DNA of 64,000 nt from an uncultured Oscillospiraceae bacterium (GCA_948670295.1 CAPOAR010000001.1:16069-80068); one strand, 5' to 3'; shown: positions 45,206 to 55,770, counted from the first letter of the stretch. Made by a program: numbers and translations. The notes: a model not told the origin generated them from the sequence alone.

Positions 45206-45864
45206 GCCGCGCCATCCCTGTCCGGCCCAAGGACTGGATGTGCTTCCAATGCCGCCGGTGCGCCGGCTGCTGCCGGGATCTGGAGGGCCAGCTGATGCTG
45301 GAACCGCTGGACGCCTATCGTCTGGCCCGGTGTCTCCGGGAGCAGGGAGAGGCCGGTTCCATCCATGACGTGTACGAACGCTATGCCCACACCGATCTTC
45401 TGGAAGGCCGTCTGACCATCTATCTGATGAACACGGTGGGCAATGACCATGCCTGCGTCCTTCTCAAAGATGGACGATGCTCCGCTTATGAGGGCAGGCC
45501 CTCTGTCTGCCGGATCTACCCGCTGAGTGTGCGGCCCGGGCAGAGGGGGAAGCCCTTTGAATACTACCGCTGTGTGGATCAGCACGCGGCCCACTTTTCT
45601 GACGGCAAGATGCAGGTGAAGGACTGGCTCCACGAGAACTTCTCCAGGGAAAGCCGGGAGTTTTGGGCCGCTGAGGGCAGCGCCCTGCCCACCCTGGGCT
45701 GTCTGCTGAACAAGCTGGACGCCGGAAAACTCCGGGCCAGTCTGTTCCAGATCCTCTACTACCGCTACTACAACTACGACCTGGATCTGCCCTTTATGCC
45801 GCAGTATCAAAAAAATATGGCGGCGCTGGTGCATTTCCTCCAGCAAAGATTGGGGGAGGTGTAG
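45202..45864 (+). CDS. YkgJ-family (CxxCxxCC) Zn/Fe-chelating protein
   Basis: CRRCAGCC...CVLL...CSAYEGRPSVCRIYP. Confidence 0.88.
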   Translation: MSRAIPVRPKDWMCFQCRRCAGCCRDLEGQLMLEPLDAYRLARCLREQGEAGSIHDVYERYAHTDLLEGRLTIYLMNTVGNDHACVLLKDGRCSAYEGRPSVCRIYPLSVRPGQRGKPFEYYRCVDQHAAHFSDGKMQVKDWLHENFSRESREFWAAEGSALPTLGCLLNKLDAGKLRASLFQILYYRYYNYDLDLPFMPQYQKNMAALVHFLQQRLGEV

Positions 45865-45867
45865 GCC

Positions 45868-46041
45868 GTGTTTGCGCTGGAGCGGCGGATAGGCCGCCGA
45901 TGGGTTCGGTGCGCCGTCTGTGGGAACCGTGCCCTGTTGGATAGAGTGCGGGCGGGCCAGCCCCGGCCAAAGGACTGGCGGGTGATGGCCATGTCGTGCT
46001 ACGTCAAGGGCCTTTCAGGGAATTTCGCACGAAGTGCTTGA
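45868..46041 (+). CDS. Small basic hypothetical protein (57 aa; not in the ORF track)
   Basis: GGAGGT RBS and GTG start: MFALERRIGRRWVRCAVCG... Confidence 0.45.
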   Translation: MFALERRIGRRWVRCAVCGNRALLDRVRAGQPRPKDWRVMAMSCYVKGLSGNFARSA

Positions 46042-46103
46042 TTAAATCGGACGATTGACATATACTATAGGTGAAACCATCTGTGTGAAAGGAGTGCTGG
46101 CAA

Positions 46104-46319
46104 ATGTCTATCACCGCGACAGAGCTGAAAAAGAACCTGGGTAAATACCTGGCCCTGTCCAGCAAGGAGGACATCTACATCACCCGGAACGGAACGGTGG
46201 TGGCCAAGCTGTCCAACCCCTTTCAGGACCGGGTGGATATGGCCAAGTCTCTGTTTGGCATCCTCCCTCCTGACATTACCGTGGAACAGGCCCGTGAGGA
46301 AAGGCTGGATCAGATATGA
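46104..46319 (+). CDS. Phd/YefM-family antitoxin
   Basis: ITATELKKNLGKYL...IYITRNG..VAKL. Upstream promoter TTGATT-17-TATACT (46038-46066). Confidence 0.9.
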   Translation: MSITATELKKNLGKYLALSSKEDIYITRNGTVVAKLSNPFQDRVDMAKSLFGILPPDITVEQAREERLDQI

Positions 46320-46747
46320 GGGCGTTAATAGACACCTGTATCATAATTGACGCGCTCCAGGCCCGGGAACCCTTCGCGGAGGATGCACAGCAAATCTTTC
46401 TTGCCGTGGCAAATAAGCGCGTCATGGGCTTCCTCACCGCGAAATCGGCGGCGGATATCTACTACATCACCCACCGCCACACCCACAGTGACCAGGAAAC
46501 CCGGCGTGTGCTGGGCACCCTGTTCAACCTGTTCGAGCTGCTGGATACCGCTGGGATGGATTGCCGGCGGGCGATATCGTCCGAACTCACAGACTACGAG
46601 GACGCCATGATGACAGAGACCGCCCTGCGCTGCGGGATGGACTGCATCGTGACCAGAAATCTCAGAGACTATGGAAAAGCCCCCGTTCAGGTGTATTCCC
46701 CCTCTGCGTTTTTAACGCAAATCGAGGAGGACATCGGGGAAGAATGA
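46316..46747 (+). CDS. PIN-domain (VapC-like) toxin
   Basis: ALIDTCIIID, DYEDA and IVTRN.RD. Confidence 0.88.
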   Translation: MRALIDTCIIIDALQAREPFAEDAQQIFLAVANKRVMGFLTAKSAADIYYITHRHTHSDQETRRVLGTLFNLFELLDTAGMDCRRAISSELTDYEDAMMTETALRCGMDCIVTRNLRDYGKAPVQVYSPSAFLTQIEEDIGEE

Positions 46748-46844
46748 CCGTTCCCGCAGATTGCGGGGAACAGATATCAAAGGACTGTCAGACTGTATCC
46801 ATACAGTTTGGCAGTCCTTTTGCGTTTAGAAAGGAGTCTCAGAT

Positions 46845-47075
46845 GTGAATGAGCGCAGTTTTTCAAATCCCGCCAAGCTGTATTGGTATCAGGATCTCTC
46901 CTGTCCCGTCTGCGGCGGGGAGGTGAACTCCTGGGACAAGCGGTGCAGCCGGGCGCTGGGTTACAAGCAGATCGTGTGCGAGGGCTGTATTGCCCAGGAA
47001 TACCAAATTGAAGTGAAGGAGCTGAGAGACACCATGAAGGAGCACTTTGGCCTGATCCCGTGTCCCGGGATATGA
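46845..47075 (+). CDS. Small zinc-finger hypothetical protein
   Basis: CPVC...CEGC. AAAGGAG RBS. Confidence 0.7.
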   Translation: MNERSFSNPAKLYWYQDLSCPVCGGEVNSWDKRCSRALGYKQIVCEGCIAQEYQIEVKELRDTMKEHFGLIPCPGI

Positions 47076-48157
47076 ACGGGGAGCTGAACGACCTGACCCG
47101 GCGGCTCTATGCCCAGGGCTATACCAGGGAGCACCACCCGGACACGGTCTGCTGGGGCGACTGGCAGAACTTCTCCTACAAGTGGGAGACCATGCTGGGC
47201 TTCACCTGGGAGACCCCCTGCGGCCTGCTGATCCAAGGCAGCAGCGATGTTGGGCGCGGCTTCAACATAGGCAACTGCTGGTTTCAGAACGTCTGGTACT
47301 GTGCGGAAAACGACAATCCGCTGCTGCACTGTCCCTATTATCGGAAAAACTGCCAGCATATCCCGCAGGGATTGAAACTTATTATGTGTCCCTGCCACCG
47401 GACGGACAGGCCCTATGACTATGAACACAGTGTGGAAAAAATCGAGACCGAGAACGCCAGAGAAGCCCATAAGCAGTACATGGAGCTCACAGGCGGCGCC
47501 TACTGCGCCTGTGTGGTGGGCAGCAACGGTTACGAGGGCGGCTGGTACGAGGTCAAGTATGACGTAGCACAGTGCATCCAGGTACAGTGTAAAAACCCGG
47601 TCTGCGTCATCCGCAAGCAGCCCCGTGATTTGAAAAAGGTCAACATTTTCTACGATGTCCGCCGCACCTGGATCACCCGCCGGGGCTTTCTGGAGGAGAA
47701 AAAGGTGGAGGTCACCAAGGGGATGAAGGTCTTTGACCGCCCCGTGGCCCGGACAGACGCGGAGATATGGCTGAAGATCAAGGAGCACGAGGCCAGCCCT
47801 CTGAACAACTATACCGTGATCGAGCATCCGAGGAAAACCATGGAGGATCGCCGCCAGGAGTATTTCTCAAAAATGCACCGGCACTATGACGACCTCTATG
47901 ACTATTTTGAGTTCCACTATGAGGTGGAGAACATCCGCATCGCCCGGAGCGAGCAGCGGGACCTTTTGCAGGATCTGCGGGACGCCGCCGAGGGCATCGA
48001 GGTCGTCCACAACATCGACCAGCTCAAGGCCAAAGCCGAGAAAAAACGGGCGGCCAAAGTCCACCGCCGGGAGCTGAAGGTGCGCAGGGCGCAAAGAGCG
48101 GCCCTGCTGTCCCAAACGGAAGAACAAATTTCCATTTTTGGAGGTGATTCTGAATGA
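47072..48157 (+). CDS. Cys-rich hypothetical protein
   Basis: Many Cys residues. ATGA overlaps at both ends. Confidence 0.75.
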   Translation: MNGELNDLTRRLYAQGYTREHHPDTVCWGDWQNFSYKWETMLGFTWETPCGLLIQGSSDVGRGFNIGNCWFQNVWYCAENDNPLLHCPYYRKNCQHIPQGLKLIMCPCHRTDRPYDYEHSVEKIETENAREAHKQYMELTGGAYCACVVGSNGYEGGWYEVKYDVAQCIQVQCKNPVCVIRKQPRDLKKVNIFYDVRRTWITRRGFLEEKKVEVTKGMKVFDRPVARTDAEIWLKIKEHEASPLNNYTVIEHPRKTMEDRRQEYFSKMHRHYDDLYDYFEFHYEVENIRIARSEQRDLLQDLRDAAEGIEVVHNIDQLKAKAEKKRAAKVHRRELKVRRAQRAALLSQTEEQISIFGGDSE

Positions 48158-50301
48158 ATTTGTCAAACATGGGCGCCTATGGGCTGCAAATCAATTTGAA
48201 GCTGCTAAACGACATCATTGCTTTTGTCGTCACCACCGCCAAGGCTAATTACGCCCAGATGGAGGAACTGCGAAAGAGGTGCATATTCCCCCTGTCCTCC
48301 ACATCCGAAACGCTGCAGCGGGACTATGGCTTTATGTACCTGGGCGAACTGCTGGAACGGTATGAGGAGCGCTTCGGCATGAGCCTCCCCGACCGCAGGG
48401 CCATTGCCCTGGCCCTGGGCTACACCAGGGATATCGCCACACCGGAAATGTTTGTGGGGAGCCAGCGGGCCGACTTTATCCAGGGGGTGCGGCGGTGCGC
48501 GGAAAGCGACCTCTACCTCACCGGCGCCCTCTGCCTGATCTACGGGGGCGAGAGCGGCGCGGCAGCCATTGAGCAAAAGCTGAAGGAATGGGCATACACC
48601 CAGACCGAGGAGCTGATCTTCGCCATGAGCCTGTTTCCCGACGGGGAACAGGCCCTCGCCCAATTCAGCGACCAGTTAGTGACCCTGCTGGGAAAGGGGC
48701 GGACCCTTTCCGTGTTTGGCAACACGGACATTTTTAACCAGGTATTTGCCATGCTGTTCCCGCTGAAAAAGCGGATGAAGGCCAGACACATGGATCTGCT
48801 CCGGGCCCTGCTGTCCCTGCCTGTCTCCTTCGTGAGGGAGGGCAGCAAGCACTATGGCTGGCTGACAGACCACGGCTATACCCCCATTGAGATCGCATAC
48901 GCCAATATTGCGGCCCTGTGCAGCCAGTGTGTTCCCGGCGGCCCCGGACGCAATTCTCTCACGGCGGAAAAACTTGTTGTCTCGCTGTTCCGCGCCGTTC
49001 TGACCCATGACCAGCCCCTGTCTGCCGAGGTCTACCAACAGCTCACCCAAATCTATCAGATGTATGCAAAGTTTGACATCAAATGCTATGAGAAACACCG
49101 GCTGGCTGAAACATTGACGGTCGGCGTGCATATCCAGACCCCCGAGACCATGGCCTGGTTCATCCGCTGCACCGACGAACCTCTCCATCCGGCCACCGCC
49201 AGCTTCGATGTCATGGATCCCAAGTGGGACCCCCTGGTTGGCAGCCTGGATACGAAGCACTACCTCAAGCTGTTTGAAAGCTGTCTGACTGAGGACATGG
49301 ACGCCGCCCAGATCCGCGAACGGTTGGACCGATATCAGGCCCTCACCCAAAAGGATTTCCTGGAGCGTTACCGCGAGGACGCCTTTGCCGGCAGGTTCCC
49401 TCTCATGGTCAAGGTGGGTATCATCGACCTGTGGACGGCCTTCCAGGGCTGTCTGTCCGAGGATGGCGATGTATCCAACTCCACCTTGCTGCGCCATATC
49501 GGGGGCTGTTGCCATGACATCCAGACGTTGCAGGCGGTCGAATTTCTGACACGGTTCCTGCCCCAATATGGATTCCAGGGAGCAAAGACATATTTTGGCC
49601 GCTATCGGGATGGCTTTGAAGATGAACTGTGGGCGCAAAAAGGCTATAACGGCAGCGAGATCACACTCAAGCTCCAGCGTGATTTCCTTGCGGATGACCC
49701 GGATCGACAGCGCCTGCTGCTCCACTGGGTGGATGAGTATTTTTTCACGAAACAGCCAAAACGCTACCTTGACTTTGTGATCGCCCTGCTGAAGGATGAG
49801 GGCGCGGCCACCCTGCTGTCCCCCGGGGACCAGCGTGGATTATTTGACGCGGTGATCGCCCAATCGAAGCTGTCTGCCTGGGACGCTAAAGAGCTAAAAC
49901 AGCGTTACCTGACGCCGGAGGAACAACAGGCGGATCAGGAGGCCAAAGAGGCGGCGGAAGCGGAAGAAAAGCGGCAGGCACACTTGGACATGATCCAGAG
50001 CATCGAGGCCTGCTATGCCGATTCCAACGATGGCACATTTGGAGCTGTCTTGAAGTATCTGGATAAGTACCGCTACTACAATGACCGGGAGGCCATTGCC
50101 CACCGTGTGGTGCGCGATGGATTGGAACCGCTTTTGGACGGCACTGGGTATGCCCTGGCCCCAGCGGAGGCGGAGCGTTTTCTGATCGTCTGCCGGGAGC
50201 TGCTCCGCACCGGCGCTTTGACCTGGGCAGAGCTGCAATCTTACATTTTGAAGGTGAAGGAGGTCGAACCGGATGATCCTGACGAAGATCCAGGCGAATG
50301 A
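48154..50301 (+). CDS. Large hypothetical protein (715 aa, helical)
   Basis: GGAGGT RBS and a long ORF. No recognised motif. Confidence 0.8.
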   Translation: MNLSNMGAYGLQINLKLLNDIIAFVVTTAKANYAQMEELRKRCIFPLSSTSETLQRDYGFMYLGELLERYEERFGMSLPDRRAIALALGYTRDIATPEMFVGSQRADFIQGVRRCAESDLYLTGALCLIYGGESGAAAIEQKLKEWAYTQTEELIFAMSLFPDGEQALAQFSDQLVTLLGKGRTLSVFGNTDIFNQVFAMLFPLKKRMKARHMDLLRALLSLPVSFVREGSKHYGWLTDHGYTPIEIAYANIAALCSQCVPGGPGRNSLTAEKLVVSLFRAVLTHDQPLSAEVYQQLTQIYQMYAKFDIKCYEKHRLAETLTVGVHIQTPETMAWFIRCTDEPLHPATASFDVMDPKWDPLVGSLDTKHYLKLFESCLTEDMDAAQIRERLDRYQALTQKDFLERYREDAFAGRFPLMVKVGIIDLWTAFQGCLSEDGDVSNSTLLRHIGGCCHDIQTLQAVEFLTRFLPQYGFQGAKTYFGRYRDGFEDELWAQKGYNGSEITLKLQRDFLADDPDRQRLLLHWVDEYFFTKQPKRYLDFVIALLKDEGAATLLSPGDQRGLFDAVIAQSKLSAWDAKELKQRYLTPEEQQADQEAKEAAEAEEKRQAHLDMIQSIEACYADSNDGTFGAVLKYLDKYRYYNDREAIAHRVVRDGLEPLLDGTGYALAPAEAERFLIVCRELLRTGALTWAELQSYILKVKEVEPDDPDEDPGE

Positions 50302-52810
50302 GCTTGGGCAAATGATGCGGGAACACATTGCTTGCATCCTGCGGATGGATGCCGTCCGGCTGAAGCTGGACTGGACGGCGGAGTTTACCGCGGAGCAAAT
50401 TATCTCCTGCTGTGACAGGATGGCCAAATGCCTGGACTGCACGATCAATTATCACAAAGACATCCAGCGCGAACTGATCCAAAACCCGCAGTTCGCCCCC
50501 TGGTTGGCCCGGCTGATGGCCCTTGCGGGGAAAACGGCGGATAGCGGGCCGGAGGCGCCCCGTTCGGACTGGGATAACCTGGCCCAGAGGCTGAATGATC
50601 TGCTGGAGGCCTGCTGGACCGGGGGAAAAATCATCACCGGCTATTCGGAGGCCGATGTGCTGTTCGCCACGGAGCAGCTCGACCTGACTGCGGCCGCACG
50701 GCTGACCTATCTGGAAAGCTTTGCCCCCATGGAATTGGACGACGGCACAAGGGCGCAGATCCTCATGAACCTGTCCGCCTGTGGGACAATGCCTGTTGCC
50801 CTGGATGAAGGACAGCGGGCGCTGCTGAAGGAGCCCTTTGTGGGTTCCCGCCATCTGTTCGCCTCGGCGGACTTTGAGGACGTCTGGTCATTGTTCCAGT
50901 TCTGTCCTGCTTTGACCGGCATTGCCCGGATGCTTCATCAAAAAGGCGTCAACGAGCATCTCACCCTGACAGACTACCAGTATTTCGCGGAGGACGGGGC
51001 GGAGTATCAGCGCCTGCTGGCCCTTGTACTCCAGCGCCTGAGCGCCGATGCCGCCGGCAGGTTTCTTCACCACTGGCGGGAGAACAACTGCGCTCTGTCC
51101 GAGCTCCAGCGCATGGAACGCCGGACGCGGACAACGGATGCCGGGGAGCTGGACACCGCCCTGGTCAGCTATACCGGGTATGTAAATTTGATTTATGGAA
51201 AAAAGTTTAAGACCATTTCCCTCAATGGATTGACCAGCCGCCAGGAAACGCTGCTGCTCTATGCCATTACCCACGAAAAAAAGCACTTTATCCGGCTGAT
51301 CGATGAAAACGCGGACAAATTTCTGGGCCTGTCCCAATCGTCCATCCTTTTTTATGAGCCGCTCTACCGCGACCATTTCAATCTGAATGAACTGACTGTC
51401 AGGGATCTGGGGGACTGTAGCTGGATGACGCAGAGAAATCTGCCCAAAAGCCTGCTGACCGGAAGCCGCCAGTATACCTTCCCTGAACTGAAGCTGCTGT
51501 ATGACGCGCCCGGGGCCTACGTCACCCTGTATGGTAAGCTGCGCGCCCCCGGTTTGGATGATCGAATCAAGGTGCTGCGCCAGCTGCGGAAGCGGAACGT
51601 TTTGGATGAGATCAGCGGAGAGATGGATCTGACCGCGCTGGCTGGATGGCTGGATCAAAAGCCGCTGGCCGACTGGCAGCGGGAGGAATTTGCCCACATC
51701 AAGGATATCCGGGCGGAGGACGCCGCGCAAATGCTGGTACATCTGGATAAGCTCCGCCCCCTGCTCCCTGACATCCGGTGCCGGGCCGACGTGATGCTGG
51801 CGTTGCGCTGTTTGGACCACCTTGACCGCTTTGAGAGTTTGGAGGCGCTGAAAGCCAGCCTGCTGGAATTAGACCTGGAGTGGAAGGGCCTGGCGGACGT
51901 CATGAAATTGAGCCCCGAATTCAAAGAGCGGCACCAGGAAGGCATCATCAGGTTCCTGTGCCGGGACGGGGCCGGGATCGCCGGGACATATCTGGACTCT
52001 CTCTCGGAAAAGCTGTACCCGGCGTTCTGCCGGGTGGTGAAGGCCGAGCTGATGGGACAGTTCAAAGACCTGAAATACCATACCGGCGACCTGGAGCGGG
52101 AGCTGGACTACCCGCTCGACGCTCAAGCGAAGGCGGCGTGGACGCACAATCTTTCCTTTGCCCAGGGCCGCACAGAGATCCGGGAAAAGGATGATTTCTT
52201 TTCCACCATGCTGCTGGGCACACAGCCCTATGCAACGTGCCTGTCCTATCGCGGCGGGGCCTACTGCGACTGCCTGCTGGCCTGTTTTGATTCCAACAAG
52301 AAGGTGCTGTACGCGGAGCGGGATGGCCGCATCGTGGCCCGGGCCTGTGTCCGGCTGACCAAATGCTGTGTAGGCGGGGGTTCGGCTAATCAAGAAGGGC
52401 CTGCCGGTAAATTCAGCTTCGTGGATCTGGAGGCCGAAAACGGCCGACCGGAAGATCGGCACCAAGGTGAGCGTTTGGCGCTGTTTCTGGAACACCTCTA
52501 CAGCAGCGGCCTAAGCCCGGAGGATCAGCTTCAGATCAAGGCACTGTTTGTCCAGCTGGTACAGCAAAAGGCCGGGATGCTGGGTGCCCTGCTGGTGCTG
52601 AGCATGGATTACCGGGAGGCCGTCGGGGAAGGCTTTGCCCGAACCAGCCTGCACCTCTATATTTCCGCGTCGAAAGCCGGCGGGCAGTATCTGGACAGCC
52701 TGGGCGGTCAGGCGGAGGTGTCCTCGGAGGGCAGCTACAAGAAAAACACCTTCCTGGTGGAACAGGCCAAGGGCCAGCCGGGAGAGATCAATGAGATGAC
52801 GCGCACATGA
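50273..52810 (+). CDS. Large hypothetical protein (845 aa) with PcfJ-like/GNAT-like C-terminal segment
   Basis: AAGGAGG RBS. C-terminal TCLSY..G...DSNKK...IVARACVRL...LFLEHLY. Confidence 0.75.
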   Translation: MILTKIQANELGQMMREHIACILRMDAVRLKLDWTAEFTAEQIISCCDRMAKCLDCTINYHKDIQRELIQNPQFAPWLARLMALAGKTADSGPEAPRSDWDNLAQRLNDLLEACWTGGKIITGYSEADVLFATEQLDLTAAARLTYLESFAPMELDDGTRAQILMNLSACGTMPVALDEGQRALLKEPFVGSRHLFASADFEDVWSLFQFCPALTGIARMLHQKGVNEHLTLTDYQYFAEDGAEYQRLLALVLQRLSADAAGRFLHHWRENNCALSELQRMERRTRTTDAGELDTALVSYTGYVNLIYGKKFKTISLNGLTSRQETLLLYAITHEKKHFIRLIDENADKFLGLSQSSILFYEPLYRDHFNLNELTVRDLGDCSWMTQRNLPKSLLTGSRQYTFPELKLLYDAPGAYVTLYGKLRAPGLDDRIKVLRQLRKRNVLDEISGEMDLTALAGWLDQKPLADWQREEFAHIKDIRAEDAAQMLVHLDKLRPLLPDIRCRADVMLALRCLDHLDRFESLEALKASLLELDLEWKGLADVMKLSPEFKERHQEGIIRFLCRDGAGIAGTYLDSLSEKLYPAFCRVVKAELMGQFKDLKYHTGDLERELDYPLDAQAKAAWTHNLSFAQGRTEIREKDDFFSTMLLGTQPYATCLSYRGGAYCDCLLACFDSNKKVLYAERDGRIVARACVRLTKCCVGGGSANQEGPAGKFSFVDLEAENGRPEDRHQGERLALFLEHLYSSGLSPEDQLQIKALFVQLVQQKAGMLGALLVLSMDYREAVGEGFARTSLHLYISASKAGGQYLDSLGGQAEVSSEGSYKKNTFLVEQAKGQPGEINEMTRT

Positions 52811-52894
52811 GGGCGAAAGTTTTCATGCGCCGCAGTATTTTGGGAGGACGGCCGCATGGCGCGGCCGTCCTCCCGCACATGATAGGAGGAAAAT

Positions 52895-53374
52895 ATGGGT
52901 TATATTTATGAGCTGTTTCAGAATCCGCACCCTGCGGACGAATGGACTACGGAGTATGATTTGAATGAGAGCCCCAGCGCTTTCCCCATTGCCAGCCGGA
53001 TTGGGGCGGCGATGGACCGGGATACCGTGATCGACCGCTTTGGAGCGTGGCTGGAGGAGCGGCGGCTGGGCTGGATGGATGGCGACGTGTTTGCCATCGA
53101 CCCCCAGGCCGCCGAACGATACTTCGAGGGACGTTATGCCGCGTTCCAGAAAGCCGTTATGGCACTGCAGGCGTTGAATGAGACCCAGTTCATCCATGAC
53201 CATGGCTGGGTGCAGACGTTGATTGACGCACTGGGCGAAGCATTCACCTCAAAGTATGGGGACTACGTTCTGCTGGGCGATGATATGACGCCCACACCCT
53301 TTGAGGAATTTCTTCGCAAGGCAGCTCCAGGTGCGCCCTACTACTTTGGGGCTGTGTTTATTTACAAGAACTGA
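52895..53374 (+). CDS. Hypothetical protein
   Basis: AGGAG RBS. Confidence 0.7.
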   Translation: MGYIYELFQNPHPADEWTTEYDLNESPSAFPIASRIGAAMDRDTVIDRFGAWLEERRLGWMDGDVFAIDPQAAERYFEGRYAAFQKAVMALQALNETQFIHDHGWVQTLIDALGEAFTSKYGDYVLLGDDMTPTPFEEFLRKAAPGAPYYFGAVFIYKN

Positions 53375-53388
53375 AGGGGGACGAAGGC

Positions 53389-53827
53389 ATGAAAATCTAC
53401 TGCTTATTGTCTACAGAAAGTGGCCCCCGCAAAAGCAGCGCAACGGCGGACCTGTTCCTGCACCACGAGGAGGCGCTGTCGGCCATGAAGGCCGCCTACG
53501 AGCGAAAGCTGACGGCGCTGCCGTTCGATGTCTCCCTGCAAACCGATTGGCACCGCTGTTCCTGTGAGAAGGATCTGGCCAGCATTATTGACGGAGCTGG
53601 CACCTATACCTGGTGCGTCCAGGAGCGCGAGTTTAGACGCTCAGGTGGCCGTCGAAGTCCAGGGTGGTCTGGTGCAGAACATCTACGCCAACACCGATGT
53701 TGATGCCCAGGTCTATGACCTGGATCTGACCGACATCCAGGAGGAGGGCGGCCTCACCGAAGGGGAACTGCGCCAGGCGGCGCTGGCCGAGGTAATCAGC
53801 GCACCAGGGTGGCGCAGTATCTGGTGA
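53389..53827 (+). pseudogene. Hypothetical gene split by a 1-nt frameshift
   Basis: Removing one T from GAGTTTAGAC (53632-53634) joins ...WCVQERE to LDAQVAVEVQGGLVQNIY... Confidence 0.6.
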
Positions 53828-53863
53828 CAATATTTATTCAATATGAAGAAAGGAAGTATCACA

Positions 53864-54316
53864 ATGGATTTTTACCAAACACCTATGGGACATACATTCT
53901 TTGAGCGCCATATCCCGCAACTGATCCAGGCCATCCAGGCCCTTACCTCTGCGCTGGACAAGCCCGCACAGGCCGTCACCCTGCCGGTGGAGGCCGATCC
54001 GGAGTTTCTGTCCAGGCTCTATTTGGGCGAGTACGAGTCTGCACCTTTCCAGCAGACCCCGGAGGGGGCAGAGCTCACCCGGGCCGTCAACGTGGCCCAT
54101 GCGGAGCTGGAGGCCGTATTGCCCGAAAGCTGCCATGAGAAGCTGATGCAGTACCAGGACACCCTGACCATGCGGGGGGGCGTCGATTTACAGATGGCCT
54201 ATGAATCCGGCTTCCGCACCGCCGTGCAGATGATGTCGGCAGGGCTGTCCCGGCCCGAGGCTAAGCCCGCTGACCCCCTAAATGCCTCACCGGCAAAAAA
54301 TATGAAGGAGGAATAA
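53864..54316 (+). CDS. Hypothetical protein
   Basis: MDFYQTPMGHTFFE...AYESGFRTAVQM. AAGGA RBS. Confidence 0.7.
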   Translation: MDFYQTPMGHTFFERHIPQLIQAIQALTSALDKPAQAVTLPVEADPEFLSRLYLGEYESAPFQQTPEGAELTRAVNVAHAELEAVLPESCHEKLMQYQDTLTMRGGVDLQMAYESGFRTAVQMMSAGLSRPEAKPADPLNASPAKNMKEE

Positions 54317-54318
54317 CC

Positions 54319-54744
54319 ATGGCAAATTACCACTGTGCAATTCGGACGAACTACTTCCATGTAAAGGATTCGGAGCTGTTCCATCAGTTTATGGCCCGTG
54401 TTTACGGCACAGATAGCTCTGTGGAACTCTGGGAGGGAAAGGACGCCGATCATCAGGCTGTGTTCGCGTTTGGTTCCTATGGTGAGATCAGCGGCCTGCG
54501 GGATGCGCTGGACGTTGACGAAGCGGGCTACGACGTGTTCATCCGCAGCCTCCAACAGCATATCCGGGAGGATGATGCGGTGGTTATCCTGGAAGTCGGC
54601 CGGGAAAAGCTGCGCTATCTGGTTGGTAGCGCCGAGATCATCACCTGCAGCAGCCGTGAATGTCTGGATATTTCGGATCTGGCGCAGGCCCGTGCGGCCA
54701 CCATGCTGGGCACCCCCGGTTGGCAGACGCAGTTTGACAACTGA
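54319..54744 (+). CDS. Hypothetical protein
   Basis: MANY...RTNYFHVKD...EVGREKLRYL. GGAGG RBS. Confidence 0.75.
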   Translation: MANYHCAIRTNYFHVKDSELFHQFMARVYGTDSSVELWEGKDADHQAVFAFGSYGEISGLRDALDVDEAGYDVFIRSLQQHIREDDAVVILEVGREKLRYLVGSAEIITCSSRECLDISDLAQARAATMLGTPGWQTQFDN

Positions 54745-54818
54745 CGGAGGCAAGACACATTGGCCGGCATCCGGTCAATGACAATACCCTCAAAACAGTA
54801 GAAATCATGAGGAATGCT

Positions 54819-55079
54819 ATGAAATTAACATTGGGAGATAAAGCGCTGCTCCTTGATATGGGCTGTGCTGAGAGCAATTTTGAACAGATCGAGGAGGCTA
54901 CCCGCAAGACGGATTACGAATACTGCGGCAAGCGAATTGGCTGGCAGAAGGCCCTGGAACTGCTTGGGCGGAGGAATTACCTGTCCGGCATCAGCCGGAG
55001 CGCATTTCACTTCTCTGCTGTCCGGTTCACACCGCAAAACGTGCCTGTATATTTCGATTCGGGCCGTCTTTTTAAGTGA
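54819..55079 (+). CDS. Small hypothetical protein
   Basis: LSGISRSAFHFSA...VYFDS. Confidence 0.6.
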   Translation: MKLTLGDKALLLDMGCAESNFEQIEEATRKTDYEYCGKRIGWQKALELLGRRNYLSGISRSAFHFSAVRFTPQNVPVYFDSGRLFK

Positions 55080-55242
55080 GAATGAGCCTGCGATATGATG
55101 AGGTGTTCGACCAGCACTACGATGTGAGGGACGGGGACGGGAAGCCGTTCCCCGCTCCCGAAGAATGATTTGATGTCCGCGCCGGGGTCTATGGGTTTGC
55201 TCCCATAGGCCCCGACGCGCTGGAAAGATGAGGTGCGCTTTT

Positions 55243-55770
55243 ATGGATGAAGCCAGAGAAAACGAAAAGCTGGATCTGCCCCGCAAGGAATATGAGCCAG
55301 TGGTTTCCCAGCCGGTGGAGCTGGGATTTTTGGGGACGGAGGTTGCCCTGTGTGTCTTTGATATTCACGGCGACCGGGAGATCAAGACCTGCTGCGGGGA
55401 CATCTGCAAAATTGTTGATGCCCTGCGGGATTATTCCCGTCTGCTGGGCATGGTGCGTGACACCTGGGATTTGCAGGGCTTTCATCGCGCCAAGTATGAA
55501 TTCTATGCAGATAAGCTGCGGGAAATCGCGGATAAGTTTCAAGGCGGGATCGGCTATGACTATGATGCCGCCCTGGAACGGTGTAGGAAAAAGCAGGGCA
55601 AAAAGCCGCGCAATGAGGACGTGGGCGGCGAGGCCCTGGCTATGGGGTTTCTCAAAGCCCAGCAGACGGCAGAGGCCAAGGCCAGGAAAGCCGCCGAAAA
55701 GAGTTCCGGGGGGAAGGCTGTCCAGGCAGAAGATAGTGCAGGCTCAGATCCTTGGGAGGAGGATTTTTAA
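55243..55770 (+). CDS. Hypothetical protein
   Basis: GAGGTG RBS and a charged C-terminus. Confidence 0.65.
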   Translation: MDEARENEKLDLPRKEYEPVVSQPVELGFLGTEVALCVFDIHGDREIKTCCGDICKIVDALRDYSRLLGMVRDTWDLQGFHRAKYEFYADKLREIADKFQGGIGYDYDAALERCRKKQGKKPRNEDVGGEALAMGFLKAQQTAEAKARKAAEKSSGGKAVQAEDSAGSDPWEEDF

